Positions 1 to 12,386 of a stretch of 64,000 bases of DNA are shown one piece after another. The notes under the pieces were generated by a model. It was not told the DNA's origin, searched no databases, and saw only the letters and a list, made by a program, of their open reading frames with translations. The translations under genes were made by a program, and so were the position numbers. Each line of letters opens with the position of its first letter. Within the stretch, counting starts at the first letter, position 1. The DNA is taken from NCBI GenBank assembly GCA_040881685.1, contig JBBECS010000050.1, forward strand, positions 9,779 to 73,778, written 5' to 3'. Origin of the DNA: Acidimicrobiia bacterium. Its GTDB lineage: Bacteria > Actinomycetota > Acidimicrobiia > IMCC26256 > PALSA-555.

Positions 1-1166
1 AACGTGGTCTTCTCCGGCATCCGGACCCCGGCCACGGCCGCGGCGCGGATCTGAGCGACCGACACGGGTTCGAGGAGCACCGCACCGTCCGCCCCCCCCT
101 TCTCGACCAACGATGCGCAGGTCGCGGCGTCGTCGCGATAGGACAGCTCCAGATCTCCGAGCCCCGGGCGCACACCGAGGTCGAACCGAACCGCGTCGAT
201 TCCGTGGAGCACGTCGGGTACGCCCGCGAGGTGGCGTTCGATGTGCTCTTCCTGAAGGTGGAGCAGCGCGAAGCCATCACGGTCGACGAAGCCGAGTGCA
301 CCGTCGGCGCGCAAGCGAGCACGGAGATCGTGCAACGCGTCGGGCCCGGCACCGAGCGCCTCGATCTCGACGTCGGGATGCGCGGCCAACCGCTCACGTG
401 CATGGCCACCGCCATGGACGAGTCGGTGGATCGCGTGGACCGACAGCTCGTCGTCGGTGAGCTCCACGACGAAGGCCATGATCGCCCTCGCGCCCGGCGC
501 GTCGGGGTCTTCGGCGCGATACGTGCATGCCGTGTCGAAGCGATGGTGTCCGTCGGCGATGACCACCGCTGCCGAGCGGATCACCGCGCGGACCGCATCG
601 ACCCGGTCTGCCGGGAGCGGCATGAGCTCATGGCTAGTGCCCCCGCCGTCGACGGCTTGCACGGTGAGCGCCGGGTCGAGGTCGCCGATCGCGTCGGTCA
701 GGCCTGTGCTGAGCGACAGCCCCCAGATCGGATCGAGGTTGGCCTTCGTCGCTTGGAGCAGCGCGAGGCGGTCGGACTTCGCCTTGGGCAGCGTGCGCTC
801 GTGAGGAAGGACGTCGGGATCTCCCGTTCCATCGGGGAGGCCGAGCGCGCCGATCACTCCCAACGTGTGCCGCGGGTCACCGTCGGCCGTCTCGTACCTC
901 ATCCGATACGCGTAGAGGCTCGGCTCGGCGTCGCGGGCGAGGATGCCTTCCGCCTCCCACTCGTTCAAGGAGCGTGCCGCGCGCTCGTAGCCGTCGGTGC
1001 CGTGCTCATGGCGGGGAAGGATCAGCTGCACCGCGTTCTGGGGATGTGATCGCTCCAGCGCAGCGCGGTCGTCTTCGTCGATGACGTCGTAGGGCGGCGC
1101 CGTGACCTTGCTGAGATCACTGGTCGCGGTGTACCGCAAGCCGCGGAAGGGGAACAGTTCGGGCAC
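1..1166 (-). CDS. DUF1015 family protein (3' end runs off the window)
   Basis: My translation of the minus strand from GTG 1166 (absent from the ORF track): MPELFPFRGLRY..VTAPPYDVI..PHERT..IADGHHR..RMPEKTT; no stop before base 1. Confidence 0.85.
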   Translation of the reverse strand, partial: MPELFPFRGLRYTATSDLSKVTAPPYDVIDEDDRAALERSHPQNAVQLILPRHEHGTDGYERAARSLNEWEAEGILARDAEPSLYAYRMRYETADGDPRHTLGVIGALGLPDGTGDPDVLPHERTLPKAKSDRLALLQATKANLDPIWGLSLSTGLTDAIGDLDPALTVQAVDGGGTSHELMPLPADRVDAVRAVIRSAAVVIADGHHRFDTACTYRAEDPDAPGARAIMAFVVELTDDELSVHAIHRLVHGGGHARERLAAHPDVEIEALGAGPDALHDLRARLRADGALGFVDRDGFALLHLQEEHIERHLAGVPDVLHGIDAVRFDLGVRPGLGDLELSYRDDAATCASLVEKGGADGAVLLEPVSVAQIRAAAVAGVRMPEKTT

Positions 1167-1262
1167 GGGCGCGGTTTCCGTTTCGTCGGTCGGCGCGGGT
1201 CAGTCTCGCATACGGTCTCGCGTGCACCCTGAACCGAGACAAGGAAGGGATGTTCGAAGCAG

Positions 1263-1646
1263 ATGAGCCAGAGAGAGACGGTGTCGTCGGGAGCCGAGGC
1301 GTACGAGGCGTTCCAGGAGGGGAGTCGCCTCCTGGCCTGCTCAGACCACCACGCCGCGGCCGTCGCGCTCGAGCGGGCGCGCGACCTCGAGCCGGAGAAG
1401 GGGTCGATCCGCGAGGCACTCGGTCGGGCGTACTTCAGCAGCGGTCGCTTCCCTCCGGCGCGCTCGGAGTTCGCGCGCGCCGTGGAGCTCGATCCGGTGA
1501 ACGACTACGCGCACTTCGGGCTCGGGCTCACGCTGTCACGCCTCGGCGACCGCGCTGGGGCTCGTCGCCACCTCAAGCTCGCCGTCGCGATGCGACCGCG
1601 CGAGGAGTATCGCCAGGCCCTCGACCGGGTTGCCGAGCGGCCCTGA
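1263..1646 (+). CDS. Tetratricopeptide repeat protein
   Basis: TPR-like helices (SIREALGRAYF, DYAHFGLGLTL); lies just upstream of the HAD hydrolase. Confidence 0.8.
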   Translation: MSQRETVSSGAEAYEAFQEGSRLLACSDHHAAAVALERARDLEPEKGSIREALGRAYFSSGRFPPARSEFARAVELDPVNDYAHFGLGLTLSRLGDRAGARRHLKLAVAMRPREEYRQALDRVAERP

Positions 1647-1647
1647 G

Positions 1648-2463
1648 ATGACGCGCCCCGGCGCAACCGACCCCGTCGTGTGCTGCGACCTCGACGGTGT
1701 GATCTGGCGGGGTGACGAGCCGATCGTCCCGGCGGTAGCCGGCATCGCCGAGCTGCGCGCCGCCGGGACGCGTGTCGGCTTCGTGTCCAACAACTCCAGC
1801 CACACGATCGCCGACGTCGTCGCCAAGCTCCGCGCCTGCGGTGTCGAAGCCGAGGCCGCCGACGTGCTCACGAGCGCGGTATCAGCCGCCCGGCTGCTCG
1901 CCGACGACCTGGACCCCGACGCGCGGGTGCTTGCCTGCGCTGGCCCGGGTGTCACCGAAGCCCTGGCCGAGGTCGGGCTCCAGCCCGTCGATCGTCTGCC
2001 GGCGGAAGCCGTCGTCGTCGGGTTCCATCGGGGCTTCGACTTCGCCGAGCTCGACATCGCGTCGCGAGCCGTGCGCGAAGGCGCACGCTTCGTCAGCACG
2101 AACCTGGATGCGACGTACCCGGTCGCCGATGGCCTGATGCCCGGCTCCGGTGCGATCACCGCCGCGGTCGCCACCGCATCGGGGCAGCGGCCCGACGTCG
2201 CGGGCAAGCCCGAGGCGCCCATGGTTGCGCTCGTGCGCGAGCGATTGGGGACGACCGGCATCGTGGTCGGCGATCGCCCGTCGTCGGACGGCGCGCTCGC
2301 CGACGCGCTCGGGTGGCCGTTCGCGCTGGTCCTGAGCGGCGTGACGACAGCCGTCGCGACACCCGGCGGCGAGGCGATCCCGGAACCCCCACCGCCTTTC
2401 GTTGCCGATGATCTCGGTGGTCTGGTCCCGGAATTGCTGGCCGCCCTCGCGCACTCCACGTAA
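1648..2463 (+). CDS. HAD-IIA family hydrolase (NagD-like)
   Basis: Motifs CDLDGVIW, VSNNS, STNLD, GKPE, VGDR..SD. Confidence 0.9.
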   Translation: MTRPGATDPVVCCDLDGVIWRGDEPIVPAVAGIAELRAAGTRVGFVSNNSSHTIADVVAKLRACGVEAEAADVLTSAVSAARLLADDLDPDARVLACAGPGVTEALAEVGLQPVDRLPAEAVVVGFHRGFDFAELDIASRAVREGARFVSTNLDATYPVADGLMPGSGAITAAVATASGQRPDVAGKPEAPMVALVRERLGTTGIVVGDRPSSDGALADALGWPFALVLSGVTTAVATPGGEAIPEPPPPFVADDLGGLVPELLAALAHST

Positions 2464-2471
2464 CCTGGCCT

Positions 2472-3254
2472 GTGTCTCGCCGCCGCCTCGACTCCGAACT
2501 CGTGCGGCGCGGTCTCGTCTCCAGTCGTGCGCGAGCGACGGAAGCGATCGCCGCTGGTCATGTCCTCGTCGCTGGCGCGCCCGCAATGAGCCCGGCTCGA
2601 CAGGTGAGCCCGGCGGAGCCGATCGCCGTTCAAGGCCCGAGTCCTCAGTTCGTGTCGCGAGGCGGCGACAAGCTGACACACGCGCTCGACGTGTTCGCGG
2701 TCGACGTGGCGGGGCGGCGGTGCCTCGACGCCGGCGCGTCGACCGGTGGATTCACCGATTGCCTGCTTCAGCGCGGTGCCGCTGCGGTCTACGCCGTCGA
2801 CGTCGGGCGCGGTCAGCTCGCATGGACGATGCGTGAAGACCCCCGCGTGCGCGTGTTGGAGCGCACCAACGTGCGCAACCTGGATCCGGCCGACATCGAC
2901 GGCGCAGTGCCCGTCACGGTGGCCGACCTCTCGTTCATCTCGCTCGTCACCGTGGCCGCGGCCCTGGCGCGCTGCACGACAGCCGATGGCGACCTGGTGC
3001 TGCTGCTCAAGCCACAGTTCGAGGCGGGTCGATCGAAGGTCGGGCGACACGGCGTGGTCACCGACCCGAGCGTGCACGAAGATGTCCTCATCACCGTCAC
3101 GACCCGGTTGACTGACCATGGGATCGTCGCGGTTGACGTGATCGAGTCGCCCTTGCGGGGCGCCGACGGAAATCGCGAGTTCCTGCTACATGGCCGGCGC
3201 GACGGCTCGCTCATCGGCACCGACGCCTTGAGCGCACTTGCGAGGAGCTCATGA
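2472..3254 (+). CDS. tlyA: TlyA family rRNA methyltransferase
   Basis: N-terminal S4 domain RRRLD, VSRGGDKL, LDAGASTGGFTD, DLSFISL, KPQFE. Confidence 0.95.
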   Translation: MSRRRLDSELVRRGLVSSRARATEAIAAGHVLVAGAPAMSPARQVSPAEPIAVQGPSPQFVSRGGDKLTHALDVFAVDVAGRRCLDAGASTGGFTDCLLQRGAAAVYAVDVGRGQLAWTMREDPRVRVLERTNVRNLDPADIDGAVPVTVADLSFISLVTVAAALARCTTADGDLVLLLKPQFEAGRSKVGRHGVVTDPSVHEDVLITVTTRLTDHGIVAVDVIESPLRGADGNREFLLHGRRDGSLIGTDALSALARSS

Positions 3255-4120
3255 GCGGTCAACGCGTTGCGGTGGTGGGGCTCGTTCCCCATCGGGACCG
3301 CCCGATCGCCCACGAGGTGGCCCGTCGTGCGGCGTATTGGCTCGCGGCGCGGGGGATCGAAGTGCGCGTGGAGGCTGACGACGCAGCGGCGTGCGGACTC
3401 GACGAGTGCGCGATCGACATCGGCGCGTTCACCCGCGGGCTCGATCTGGTGGTCTCGTTGGGTGGTGACGGGACGATGTTGCGATCGGTCGACCTCGTGT
3501 ACGAGATCGGTGCGGCTGTCCTCGGCGTCAACGTGGGACAGATGGGCTACCTCGCCGAGGTCGAGCCCACGGATCTGGAAGACGCGCTCGCTCGAGTGCT
3601 CGCGGGCGACTTCGAGATCGACGAGCGCATGGTGCTCGAGGTGGTCGTCAGCTCGGCATCACCGGCAGCCGGGCGATGGTGGGCGCTCAACGAGGCCGTG
3701 ATCGAGAAGACCAGAACCGGTCGGCTCGTTCGGCTCGAGGTGGCGATCAACGGTGCCTTCTTCACGACGTATGCGGCTGACGGCGTCATCGTCGCCACGC
3801 CAACCGGGTCGACGGCCTACTCGTTCTCGGCCCGCGGACCGATCGTGTCGCCGCGACACCGTTGCCTGCTTCTCACCCCGGTGTCACCACACATGCTCTT
3901 CGATCGATCCCTCGTCCTCGATGCCGACGAGGAGCTGCGCTTCACCATCGTCGATCAACGCAACGTCGTCATCACGCTCGATGGCAAGGAGCTGGGCGAG
4001 CTGGACTCGGGTGACACCGTGACATGCACCGCTGGCCCGAAACCCGCGCGGATGGTCACCTTCGGTCCCCGCGACTTCCATCAGATCCTGAAGGCCAAGT
4101 TCGGCCTCGCGGACCGGTAG
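3251..4120 (+). CDS. nadK: NAD(+) kinase
   Basis: SLGGDGT, ALNE, DGVIVATPTGSTAYS. Confidence 0.95.
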   Translation: MSGQRVAVVGLVPHRDRPIAHEVARRAAYWLAARGIEVRVEADDAAACGLDECAIDIGAFTRGLDLVVSLGGDGTMLRSVDLVYEIGAAVLGVNVGQMGYLAEVEPTDLEDALARVLAGDFEIDERMVLEVVVSSASPAAGRWWALNEAVIEKTRTGRLVRLEVAINGAFFTTYAADGVIVATPTGSTAYSFSARGPIVSPRHRCLLLTPVSPHMLFDRSLVLDADEELRFTIVDQRNVVITLDGKELGELDSGDTVTCTAGPKPARMVTFGPRDFHQILKAKFGLADR

Positions 4121-4125
4121 CGACG

Positions 4126-5745
4126 ATGCTCCGCGAGCTCCACGTGACCGACCTCGGCATCGTCGACGACGTGACCCTCCTCGTGAACCCCGGGTCCACG
4201 GCGATCACCGGTGAGACGGGCGCGGGGAAGACGTTGCTGGTCGAGGCGATCGAGCTCCTGCTGGGAGCGCGCGCCGACACGAGCCTGGTGCGTCAGGGAG
4301 CCAGCGAAGCTCGCGTCGAGGGACGCTTCGAGACCCACGACGGACGCGAGGTCGTCTTGGCGCGCGTGCTCCCCGAAGATGGCCGTACACGCGCATACGT
4401 CGACGGCAGACTGGCGACCGTCACCGAGCTGGCGGAGGTCGGCAGCACGCTGGTCGATCTGCACGGGCAGAACGCTCATCAGTCGCTGCTGGCGCCATCG
4501 GTGCAACGACGCGCGCTGGATCGGTTCGCCGGCGAGCCGGCTCTGGCCGCGGTGGCAGAGCTTCGGGCCGCGCGCAACGACGTGCGCCAAGCAGAGATCG
4601 AGCTCGCTGCGCTCGGTGGCGACGAGCGGGCGAGAGCGCGCGAGCTGGATCTCCTGCGATTCCAGATCGACGAGATCGAGAGCGCGGCCGTCACCGATCA
4701 AGGCGAAGAGGTCACGCTGGAAGCCGAGGAGGCGCTGCTTGCCGATGCGGTCGCCCACCGGGAGGCGCTCAGCGACGCCTTCGGCGCCATCGAAGGACCA
4801 GCGCTCGACGGCGTGGGCCGGGCGGTTGCCGCGATCGACGACCGGGCCCCGTTCACCGACCTCGCGGGGCGCCTGCGTTCCGTGCAAGCGGAGCTCGCCG
4901 ATCTCGAGCGCGAGCTGCGCCTCGCAAGTGACGTGGTCAACGAGGATCCGGCCCGTCTCGAGCAGGTTCGCGCCCGCCGCCAGCGACTGCGTGAGCTGTG
5001 TCGGAAGTACGGCGAGACGCTCACCGATGTCATCACGTACGCCGCAGACACTCACCAACGGCTGGACGAGCTCGAAGGCTTCGAAGCCCGCGCCGCGGAG
5101 TTCGAGGCCCAGCGCTACGCCGCGAACGAACGCTCGCAGACGGCCGCGCTCGATCTGTCCAATGAGCGTCGACGCGCGGCTGCTCCACTTGCAGATGCGG
5201 TGACCGCACATCTACGGGAGCTCGCGATGCCGGCCGCGCAGCTCGAAGTGCTGATCGCACCCGGGCCGCTGACCGATGACGGCGCGGACGACGTGACGTT
5301 CCTGCTGGCACCGAATCCTGGCGAACCGCCGAAACCGCTCGCAAAGGCCGCGTCGGGCGGCGAGCTGTCACGCGCGATGCTTGCCCTGCGTCTCGTGCTC
5401 TCCGAAGCGCCGCCCACATTGGTGTTCGATGAGGTCGATGCCGGTATCGGTGGCGAAGCCGGGATCGCCGTGGGCCGGCTGCTCGCCGACCTCGGCACCC
5501 GCCATCAGGTGCTGTGCGTGACGCACCTGGCCCAGGTTGCCGCCTTCGCGGACGCCCAGGTCGTCGTCGAGAAGCGTGAGGAGGCTGGGCGCACCGTGGC
5601 CGATGCCACACCGGTCGAAGCCGAGGAACGCGTGAACGAGCTGTCACGCATGCTCGCCGGGGTCGGCGAGTCCACCCACGCGCGCAGCCACGTCGCCGAG
5701 CTGCTCGAGCGGGCGGCCGACCGACGCGCCGAGGTCTCACATTGA
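4126..5745 (+). CDS. recN: DNA repair protein RecN
   Basis: ITGETGAGKT, DLHGQ, ASGGELSR, FDEVDAGIGG, CVTHLAQVA. Confidence 0.95.
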   Translation: MLRELHVTDLGIVDDVTLLVNPGSTAITGETGAGKTLLVEAIELLLGARADTSLVRQGASEARVEGRFETHDGREVVLARVLPEDGRTRAYVDGRLATVTELAEVGSTLVDLHGQNAHQSLLAPSVQRRALDRFAGEPALAAVAELRAARNDVRQAEIELAALGGDERARARELDLLRFQIDEIESAAVTDQGEEVTLEAEEALLADAVAHREALSDAFGAIEGPALDGVGRAVAAIDDRAPFTDLAGRLRSVQAELADLERELRLASDVVNEDPARLEQVRARRQRLRELCRKYGETLTDVITYAADTHQRLDELEGFEARAAEFEAQRYAANERSQTAALDLSNERRRAAAPLADAVTAHLRELAMPAAQLEVLIAPGPLTDDGADDVTFLLAPNPGEPPKPLAKAASGGELSRAMLALRLVLSEAPPTLVFDEVDAGIGGEAGIAVGRLLADLGTRHQVLCVTHLAQVAAFADAQVVVEKREEAGRTVADATPVEAEERVNELSRMLAGVGESTHARSHVAELLERAADRRAEVSH

Positions 5746-6914
5746 TCGAGCGCCTGCTTCGCCGGAACCGCGCACAGCACTCCACCGCTGTGGTCGGGCC
5801 GGCGCGTGTCGATCGGCGCACCAAGGATCTCGTGAAGCGACTGGAGCCCGGCGACATCGCCGTCATCGATCACCGCGACCTGGATCGCGTCGCGGCCGAT
5901 GGTCTCGTGGCCGGTGGTGCCGCCGCAGTGATCAACGCCGTGCCGTCGATCTCGGGCCGGTATCCCAACCTCGGACCCCGGCGCCTCATCGAGGCCGGCA
6001 TCCCCCTCATCGACGACGCGGGCTCCGACTTGATGCATCGAGTCCGGGAGGGGGAGACGCTCCGCGTGGACGGACGCGAGATCTGGCGCGGCACGGTCCT
6101 GCTCGCGACCGGCACGGTCCGTGAAGGCGACGAGGTCGAGGCCGCCATGGAGGACGCCCGCTCGTCGATCGGGATCGAGCTGGAGCGATTCGCGGTCAAC
6201 ACGCTCGAGTACGTCCAACAAGAAGCTCGACTCACCTTCGAGCCACTCAACCTGCCGCCGATCGTCACGCCCTGCAAGGGGCGACACGCGCTCGTCGTCG
6301 TGCGCGGCCACGATTACAAGAGCGATCTCGCCCACCTGCGGTCCTACATCCGCGAGTTCCGCCCGGTGCTCATCGGCGTCGACGGTGGCGCCGACGCGCT
6401 GTTGGAGATCGGGCTCAAGCCCGAGATCATCGTGGGCGACTTCGACTCGGTGTCACGCGAGGCGCTGAACACGGCGAAGGACCTCGTGCACCACGTGCAC
6501 CCTGACGGTCGCGCACCTGGACGCGAGACGCTCCTCGACTGGGGCGTCCGCTACCACGAGTTCGTGGCCGAGGGCACGAGTGAGGACGTCGCGATGCTCC
6601 TTGCGTACGAGGCAGGCGCGCAGCTCATCGTCGCGGTCGGCACTCACGCGTCGATGGTGGAGTTCCTCGACAAGGGCCGCAGGGGCATGGCGTCGACGTT
6701 CCTCACCCGCCTGCGCCTCGGCCCCGCGCTCGTCGACGCGAAGGGTGTGAGCAGCCTCTACGAGCAGCGCGTGCGTCGCCTCGACTGGTTCCTCCTGGTC
6801 GGCTCGGCTCTGGTCGTGATGATGGTCGTGGTGGCGGTGTCGAAGCCGATCCACACGCTGCTCGACGGCTTCTGGTTGACGCTCCGCGACCTCTGGTTCT
6901 CGATCACGGGATAA
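5742..6914 (+). CDS. steA: SteA-like cytokinetic ring protein (thiamine-pyrophosphokinase-like domain, C-terminal TM)
   Basis: RTKDLVKRL, IGVDGGADAL, VGDFDS, EFLDKGR..MASTFLTRL; follows recN. Confidence 0.85.
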   Translation: MIERLLRRNRAQHSTAVVGPARVDRRTKDLVKRLEPGDIAVIDHRDLDRVAADGLVAGGAAAVINAVPSISGRYPNLGPRRLIEAGIPLIDDAGSDLMHRVREGETLRVDGREIWRGTVLLATGTVREGDEVEAAMEDARSSIGIELERFAVNTLEYVQQEARLTFEPLNLPPIVTPCKGRHALVVVRGHDYKSDLAHLRSYIREFRPVLIGVDGGADALLEIGLKPEIIVGDFDSVSREALNTAKDLVHHVHPDGRAPGRETLLDWGVRYHEFVAEGTSEDVAMLLAYEAGAQLIVAVGTHASMVEFLDKGRRGMASTFLTRLRLGPALVDAKGVSSLYEQRVRRLDWFLLVGSALVVMMVVVAVSKPIHTLLDGFWLTLRDLWFSITG

Positions 6915-6926
6915 CGGAGCACTGTC

Positions 6927-7856
6927 GTGATCAACTTTCGCTTCCACCTCGTGTCGCTCGTCGCGGTGTTCCTCGCGCTCGCGGTCGGTGTCGTCATGGG
7001 GTATGGCGTACTCGGCCAACCGACCGTCGAGACCCTCGAGGACCGAATCAACACGGTCGAGGCCAAGGCAGAGGCGACGCGGCTGGAGAACGGCGCGCTC
7101 AAAGCCGGGGTCGAGCAGCTCGAGGAAACCCTCGATGCGCTCGAGCCGTTCACCGTCACTGACCGCCTCGCCGATGCGAGCGTGCTCGTCGTGGCTGTTC
7201 GCGGTGTCGACCCCGAGACGATGCAAGGAATCACGGAGCTGGCGCGACGTGCCGGCGCAAGTGCTCCGGGGATCCTCTGGATCGAGGCGCCATGGACGCT
7301 GGCCGAGGCCGAAGATCGTGGGGCATTGGCCGCCGCGATCGAGGTCGACTCCGCGCGGCGGTCCGCGATCCGAGAGCGAGGATGGCAGGCGCTGATCGAA
7401 CGGCTGAACCAGGGACCGGGGCTCGCGTCGGACCTGCTGAGCACGCTGACCGACGCGGGCTTCGTCTCCTTCGAGGGCGTCGACGGGAACGTCGCCCTCG
7501 GAGACGTGGGTGGCCTCGGGACCCAGGTCCTCCTCGTCGTCGGCACGGACGGGGTCGTCCAAGGCCGTCATGTGCTCGTCCCCGCGGCCCAGGCCGCAGT
7601 CGAGGCCGGCCTGCCGATCACCGCTGCCGAGGTGTACGGCGCGATCGAAGGTGGTCCGGAGCGTGGGTCCCTCGTGGGACTCGTCCGCAAGGACGAGGCC
7701 CTTGCCGCGGACGTGCCCACGGTCGATGACGTCGATCTCCCCTCGGGGTCTGCGGTGGCCCTGCTCGCGCTCGCCGACCTCGCTCGCGGCACGGTGGGTC
7801 ACTACGGAGTTGGCCAGGGCTCGACCGCAGCGGTGCCAGAGTGGTGGCAACCGTGA
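6927..7856 (+). CDS. steB: SteB / MctB-like membrane-anchored protein
   Basis: MINFRFHLVSLVAVFLALAVGVVMG N-terminus, then coiled coil, ends GHYG; follows steA. Confidence 0.85.
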   Translation: MINFRFHLVSLVAVFLALAVGVVMGYGVLGQPTVETLEDRINTVEAKAEATRLENGALKAGVEQLEETLDALEPFTVTDRLADASVLVVAVRGVDPETMQGITELARRAGASAPGILWIEAPWTLAEAEDRGALAAAIEVDSARRSAIRERGWQALIERLNQGPGLASDLLSTLTDAGFVSFEGVDGNVALGDVGGLGTQVLLVVGTDGVVQGRHVLVPAAQAAVEAGLPITAAEVYGAIEGGPERGSLVGLVRKDEALAADVPTVDDVDLPSGSAVALLALADLARGTVGHYGVGQGSTAAVPEWWQP

Positions 7857-7875
7857 TCCACGCAGCGAGCGCGCG

Positions 7876-8730
7876 GTGACCGTCGTCCTCGGCCTGGTGG
7901 TCGGGGCGATCACCGTGCAGTTCCTGAAGGTCGGCGCGGCCGGAACGCTTACGGCTCCGGCCATGCAACGAGCCAACTACCGCGGCCATCGGCTCCCGAC
8001 CGGCGGCGGCGTCCTCATCGTGATCGCCGTTCTCGTCATCGAGGCCGGCCGAGCCGCGTTCGGGGCAATCGGGATCGGGGACACGGTCGATCTCACGATC
8101 CAACGCAGCGAAGTGCTGTTCGCGGTCTTCGGCTTCGGCCTGCTGGGCTTGATCGACGACCTCATCGGCGACGACCGCCGCACGGGGTTTCGCGGCCACG
8201 TCAGTGCCCTCTTTCGCGGCGAGATCACGACCGGCTTCCTCAAGCTGTTCGGTGGCGCTGGCGTCGCGATGGTGCTGGTCGCCACGCCGGGCTTCGCAAC
8301 CGGCCGGCGCTTGCTCGTCGACGCGGTCCTCATCGCGCTCGCCGCCAACTTCTTCAACCTGCTCGACCGCGCCCCTGGTCGCACCATCAAGGCGGCGATC
8401 GTCGCCTACATCCCCCTGGCGGTCCTCTTGGGCACCGGACCCGTCGGACTCGCCATCGCGCCGGTGATGGGCGCCGCCTTCGGCTTGCTCGGCGACGATC
8501 TCAGGGAGCGGCTGATGTTGGGAGACGCCGGCGCGAACGTGATCGGCGCCACGCTGGGGCTCGGAGTGGTGCTCGGCCGCGGCGAGGTATCCCGGTGGAC
8601 GGCGCTCGGGCTCCTCATCGTCGCCAACCTGGCGGCTGAGGTGTGGTCGTTCAGCACGATCGTCGACCGGGTCCCGCCGTTGCGGTGGCTCGACCGCCTC
8701 GGCCAACGTCCGGAGCGCCGCGCTACCTGA
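7876..8730 (+). CDS. MraY/WecA-like (glycosyltransferase family 4) membrane protein
   Basis: Multiple TM segments; GLIDDL, ANFFNLLDRAPGR, MLGDAGAN; start chosen at GTG 7876. Confidence 0.75.
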   Translation: MTVVLGLVVGAITVQFLKVGAAGTLTAPAMQRANYRGHRLPTGGGVLIVIAVLVIEAGRAAFGAIGIGDTVDLTIQRSEVLFAVFGFGLLGLIDDLIGDDRRTGFRGHVSALFRGEITTGFLKLFGGAGVAMVLVATPGFATGRRLLVDAVLIALAANFFNLLDRAPGRTIKAAIVAYIPLAVLLGTGPVGLAIAPVMGAAFGLLGDDLRERLMLGDAGANVIGATLGLGVVLGRGEVSRWTALGLLIVANLAAEVWSFSTIVDRVPPLRWLDRLGQRPERRAT

Positions 8731-8765
8731 CCTCAGGCGCGATCACCAATGAACGTGTGCGCGAC

Positions 8766-8774
8766 TGATATGTT
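8766..8774 (+). promoter_or_regulatory. Extended -10 promoter (TGaTATGTT) 8 nt upstream of the pyrG start
   Basis: TG-N-TANNNT match directly before GATCTCCC-GTG. Confidence 0.5.
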
Positions 8775-8776
8775 GA

Positions 8777-11022
<2,246 letters not shown>

Positions 11023-11025
11023 CCG

Positions 11026-11982
11026 ATGGCGGCGATCACCGAGGCCGACCGACTCACTGAGCTGCTCGCAGAGCACGCGACGTGGCTGGCCGTCGAACGC
11101 GGCCTGCGCCCGAACACGCTCGCGGCCTACCACCGCGACCTCTCGATCTACGCGGCCTACCTGCGCGATCACGGTGTTCACGATGCTGCAGTGGTCAAGG
11201 AGCGGACCGTGGACGAGTACGTCACCTGGCTGCGCGCCACTCGAGACGACGACGGCCAGCCGCGCTGGTCGGCGTCGTCGATCGCGCGGTTGCTCGTCGC
11301 GGTGCGATCGTTCCACCGGTTCTGTGTCGATGAGGGACTTACCCGCGACGACCCGGCGCAAGACGTCCGGGCGCCGAAGGTCCCGGCCGGGATCCCCAAG
11401 GCGCTCACCGAACCCGAGGTAGAGGCGCTCCTGGACGCGGTGATCGTCGATGCGCCGACCGGATCGCGGGATCGGGCGATCCTCGAGACGCTGTATGCCG
11501 CCGGCCTGCGCATCAGCGAGCTGGTGGGACTGGATCGCAACGACCTCGACCTCGAAGACGGCCTGGTCCGCGTGTTCGGGAAAGGCGGCAAAGAACGCGT
11601 CGTGCCGATCGGTCGGCCCGCTCGAACCGCACTCGCGGACTACCTCACGCGGGGACGACCCGAGCTCGCACGATCCGGACGCGCCGCACTCGGCGCCCAG
11701 GACGCGGTGTTCCTCAACGCGCGGGGTGGTCGCCTCACTCGCCAAGGATGCTGGGGGATCGTGCGAGCCGCCGCGACAAGGGTCGGGCTCGCGGACAGGA
11801 TCTCGCCGCACGTGCTGCGACACTCGTGCGCCACCCACCTGCTCGACCACGGCGCTGATCTGCGCGTGGTGCAGGAGGTGCTCGGCCACGCCAGCCTGTC
11901 GACAACCCAGGTGTACACGAAGGTCACCGCTGAGCGCCTCAGGGCCGTCTACGACACCGCCCACCCCCGATCCCGTTCGTAG
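11026..11982 (+). CDS. xerD: Tyrosine recombinase XerD
   Basis: RDRAILETLYAAGLRISEL, GKGGKER, SPHVLRHSCATHLL, QEVLGHASLSTTQVY; usual position after pyrG-nudix. Confidence 0.93.
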   Translation: MAAITEADRLTELLAEHATWLAVERGLRPNTLAAYHRDLSIYAAYLRDHGVHDAAVVKERTVDEYVTWLRATRDDDGQPRWSASSIARLLVAVRSFHRFCVDEGLTRDDPAQDVRAPKVPAGIPKALTEPEVEALLDAVIVDAPTGSRDRAILETLYAAGLRISELVGLDRNDLDLEDGLVRVFGKGGKERVVPIGRPARTALADYLTRGRPELARSGRAALGAQDAVFLNARGGRLTRQGCWGIVRAAATRVGLADRISPHVLRHSCATHLLDHGADLRVVQEVLGHASLSTTQVYTKVTAERLRAVYDTAHPRSRS

Positions 11983-12044
11983 CAACGGTCCTGGGCTTCC
12001 CATCTCCCGAAGTGAACGAGGGGGTCCGGCGATACCATTCCCGC

Positions 12045-12383
12045 ATGCCCGAAGCCACCCAAGCGGTGTTGCGCGTCCAGCTCGAGGAAGAGCGCGATCG
12101 GCTTCGAATCAAGCTCGGTGAGCTCGGCCTCGGAGACAACGGCTCGCTGACCTTCGACGGGGGCTTCGCCGACTCCAGCCAGGTGACCGCGGAGCGGTCG
12201 GAGATCGAAGCGCTCACCGGGTCGCTCTCGGAGACGCTCCACGACATCGAGGACGCTCTCAACAAGATGGACGAGGGCACGTACGGACGATGCGAGTCCT
12301 GCGGCGGCGACATCGGCGAGGCGCGGCTCGAGGCGATGCCCGCTGCTCGTCTGTGCATCCGCTGCGCGTCAAAGTCCCGCTGA
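12045..12383 (+). CDS. TraR/DksA C4-type zinc finger protein
   Basis: Coiled coil plus GTYGRCESC..RLEAMP..LCIRC. Confidence 0.85.
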   Translation: MPEATQAVLRVQLEEERDRLRIKLGELGLGDNGSLTFDGGFADSSQVTAERSEIEALTGSLSETLHDIEDALNKMDEGTYGRCESCGGDIGEARLEAMPAARLCIRCASKSR

Positions 12384-12386
12384 AGC

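Noticed and set aside
204-1049. 281-aa + strand ORF in the track
   Set aside because: It is the antisense shadow of the minus-strand DUF1015 gene, which carries recognisable motifs.
1536-3119. 527-aa minus-strand ORF (similar long ones at 8723-10162, 21898-23700, 33500-34741, 44372-45388, 54167-55567)
   Set aside because: These are antisense shadows of well-supported genes, expected in high-GC DNA; they have no motifs and are Arg/Ala/Pro-rich.
11026-11982. Tyrosine recombinase as a possible prophage or ICE integrase
   Set aside because: Its sequence and pyrG-nudix-xerD context identify housekeeping XerD; there are no att repeats or cargo genes.
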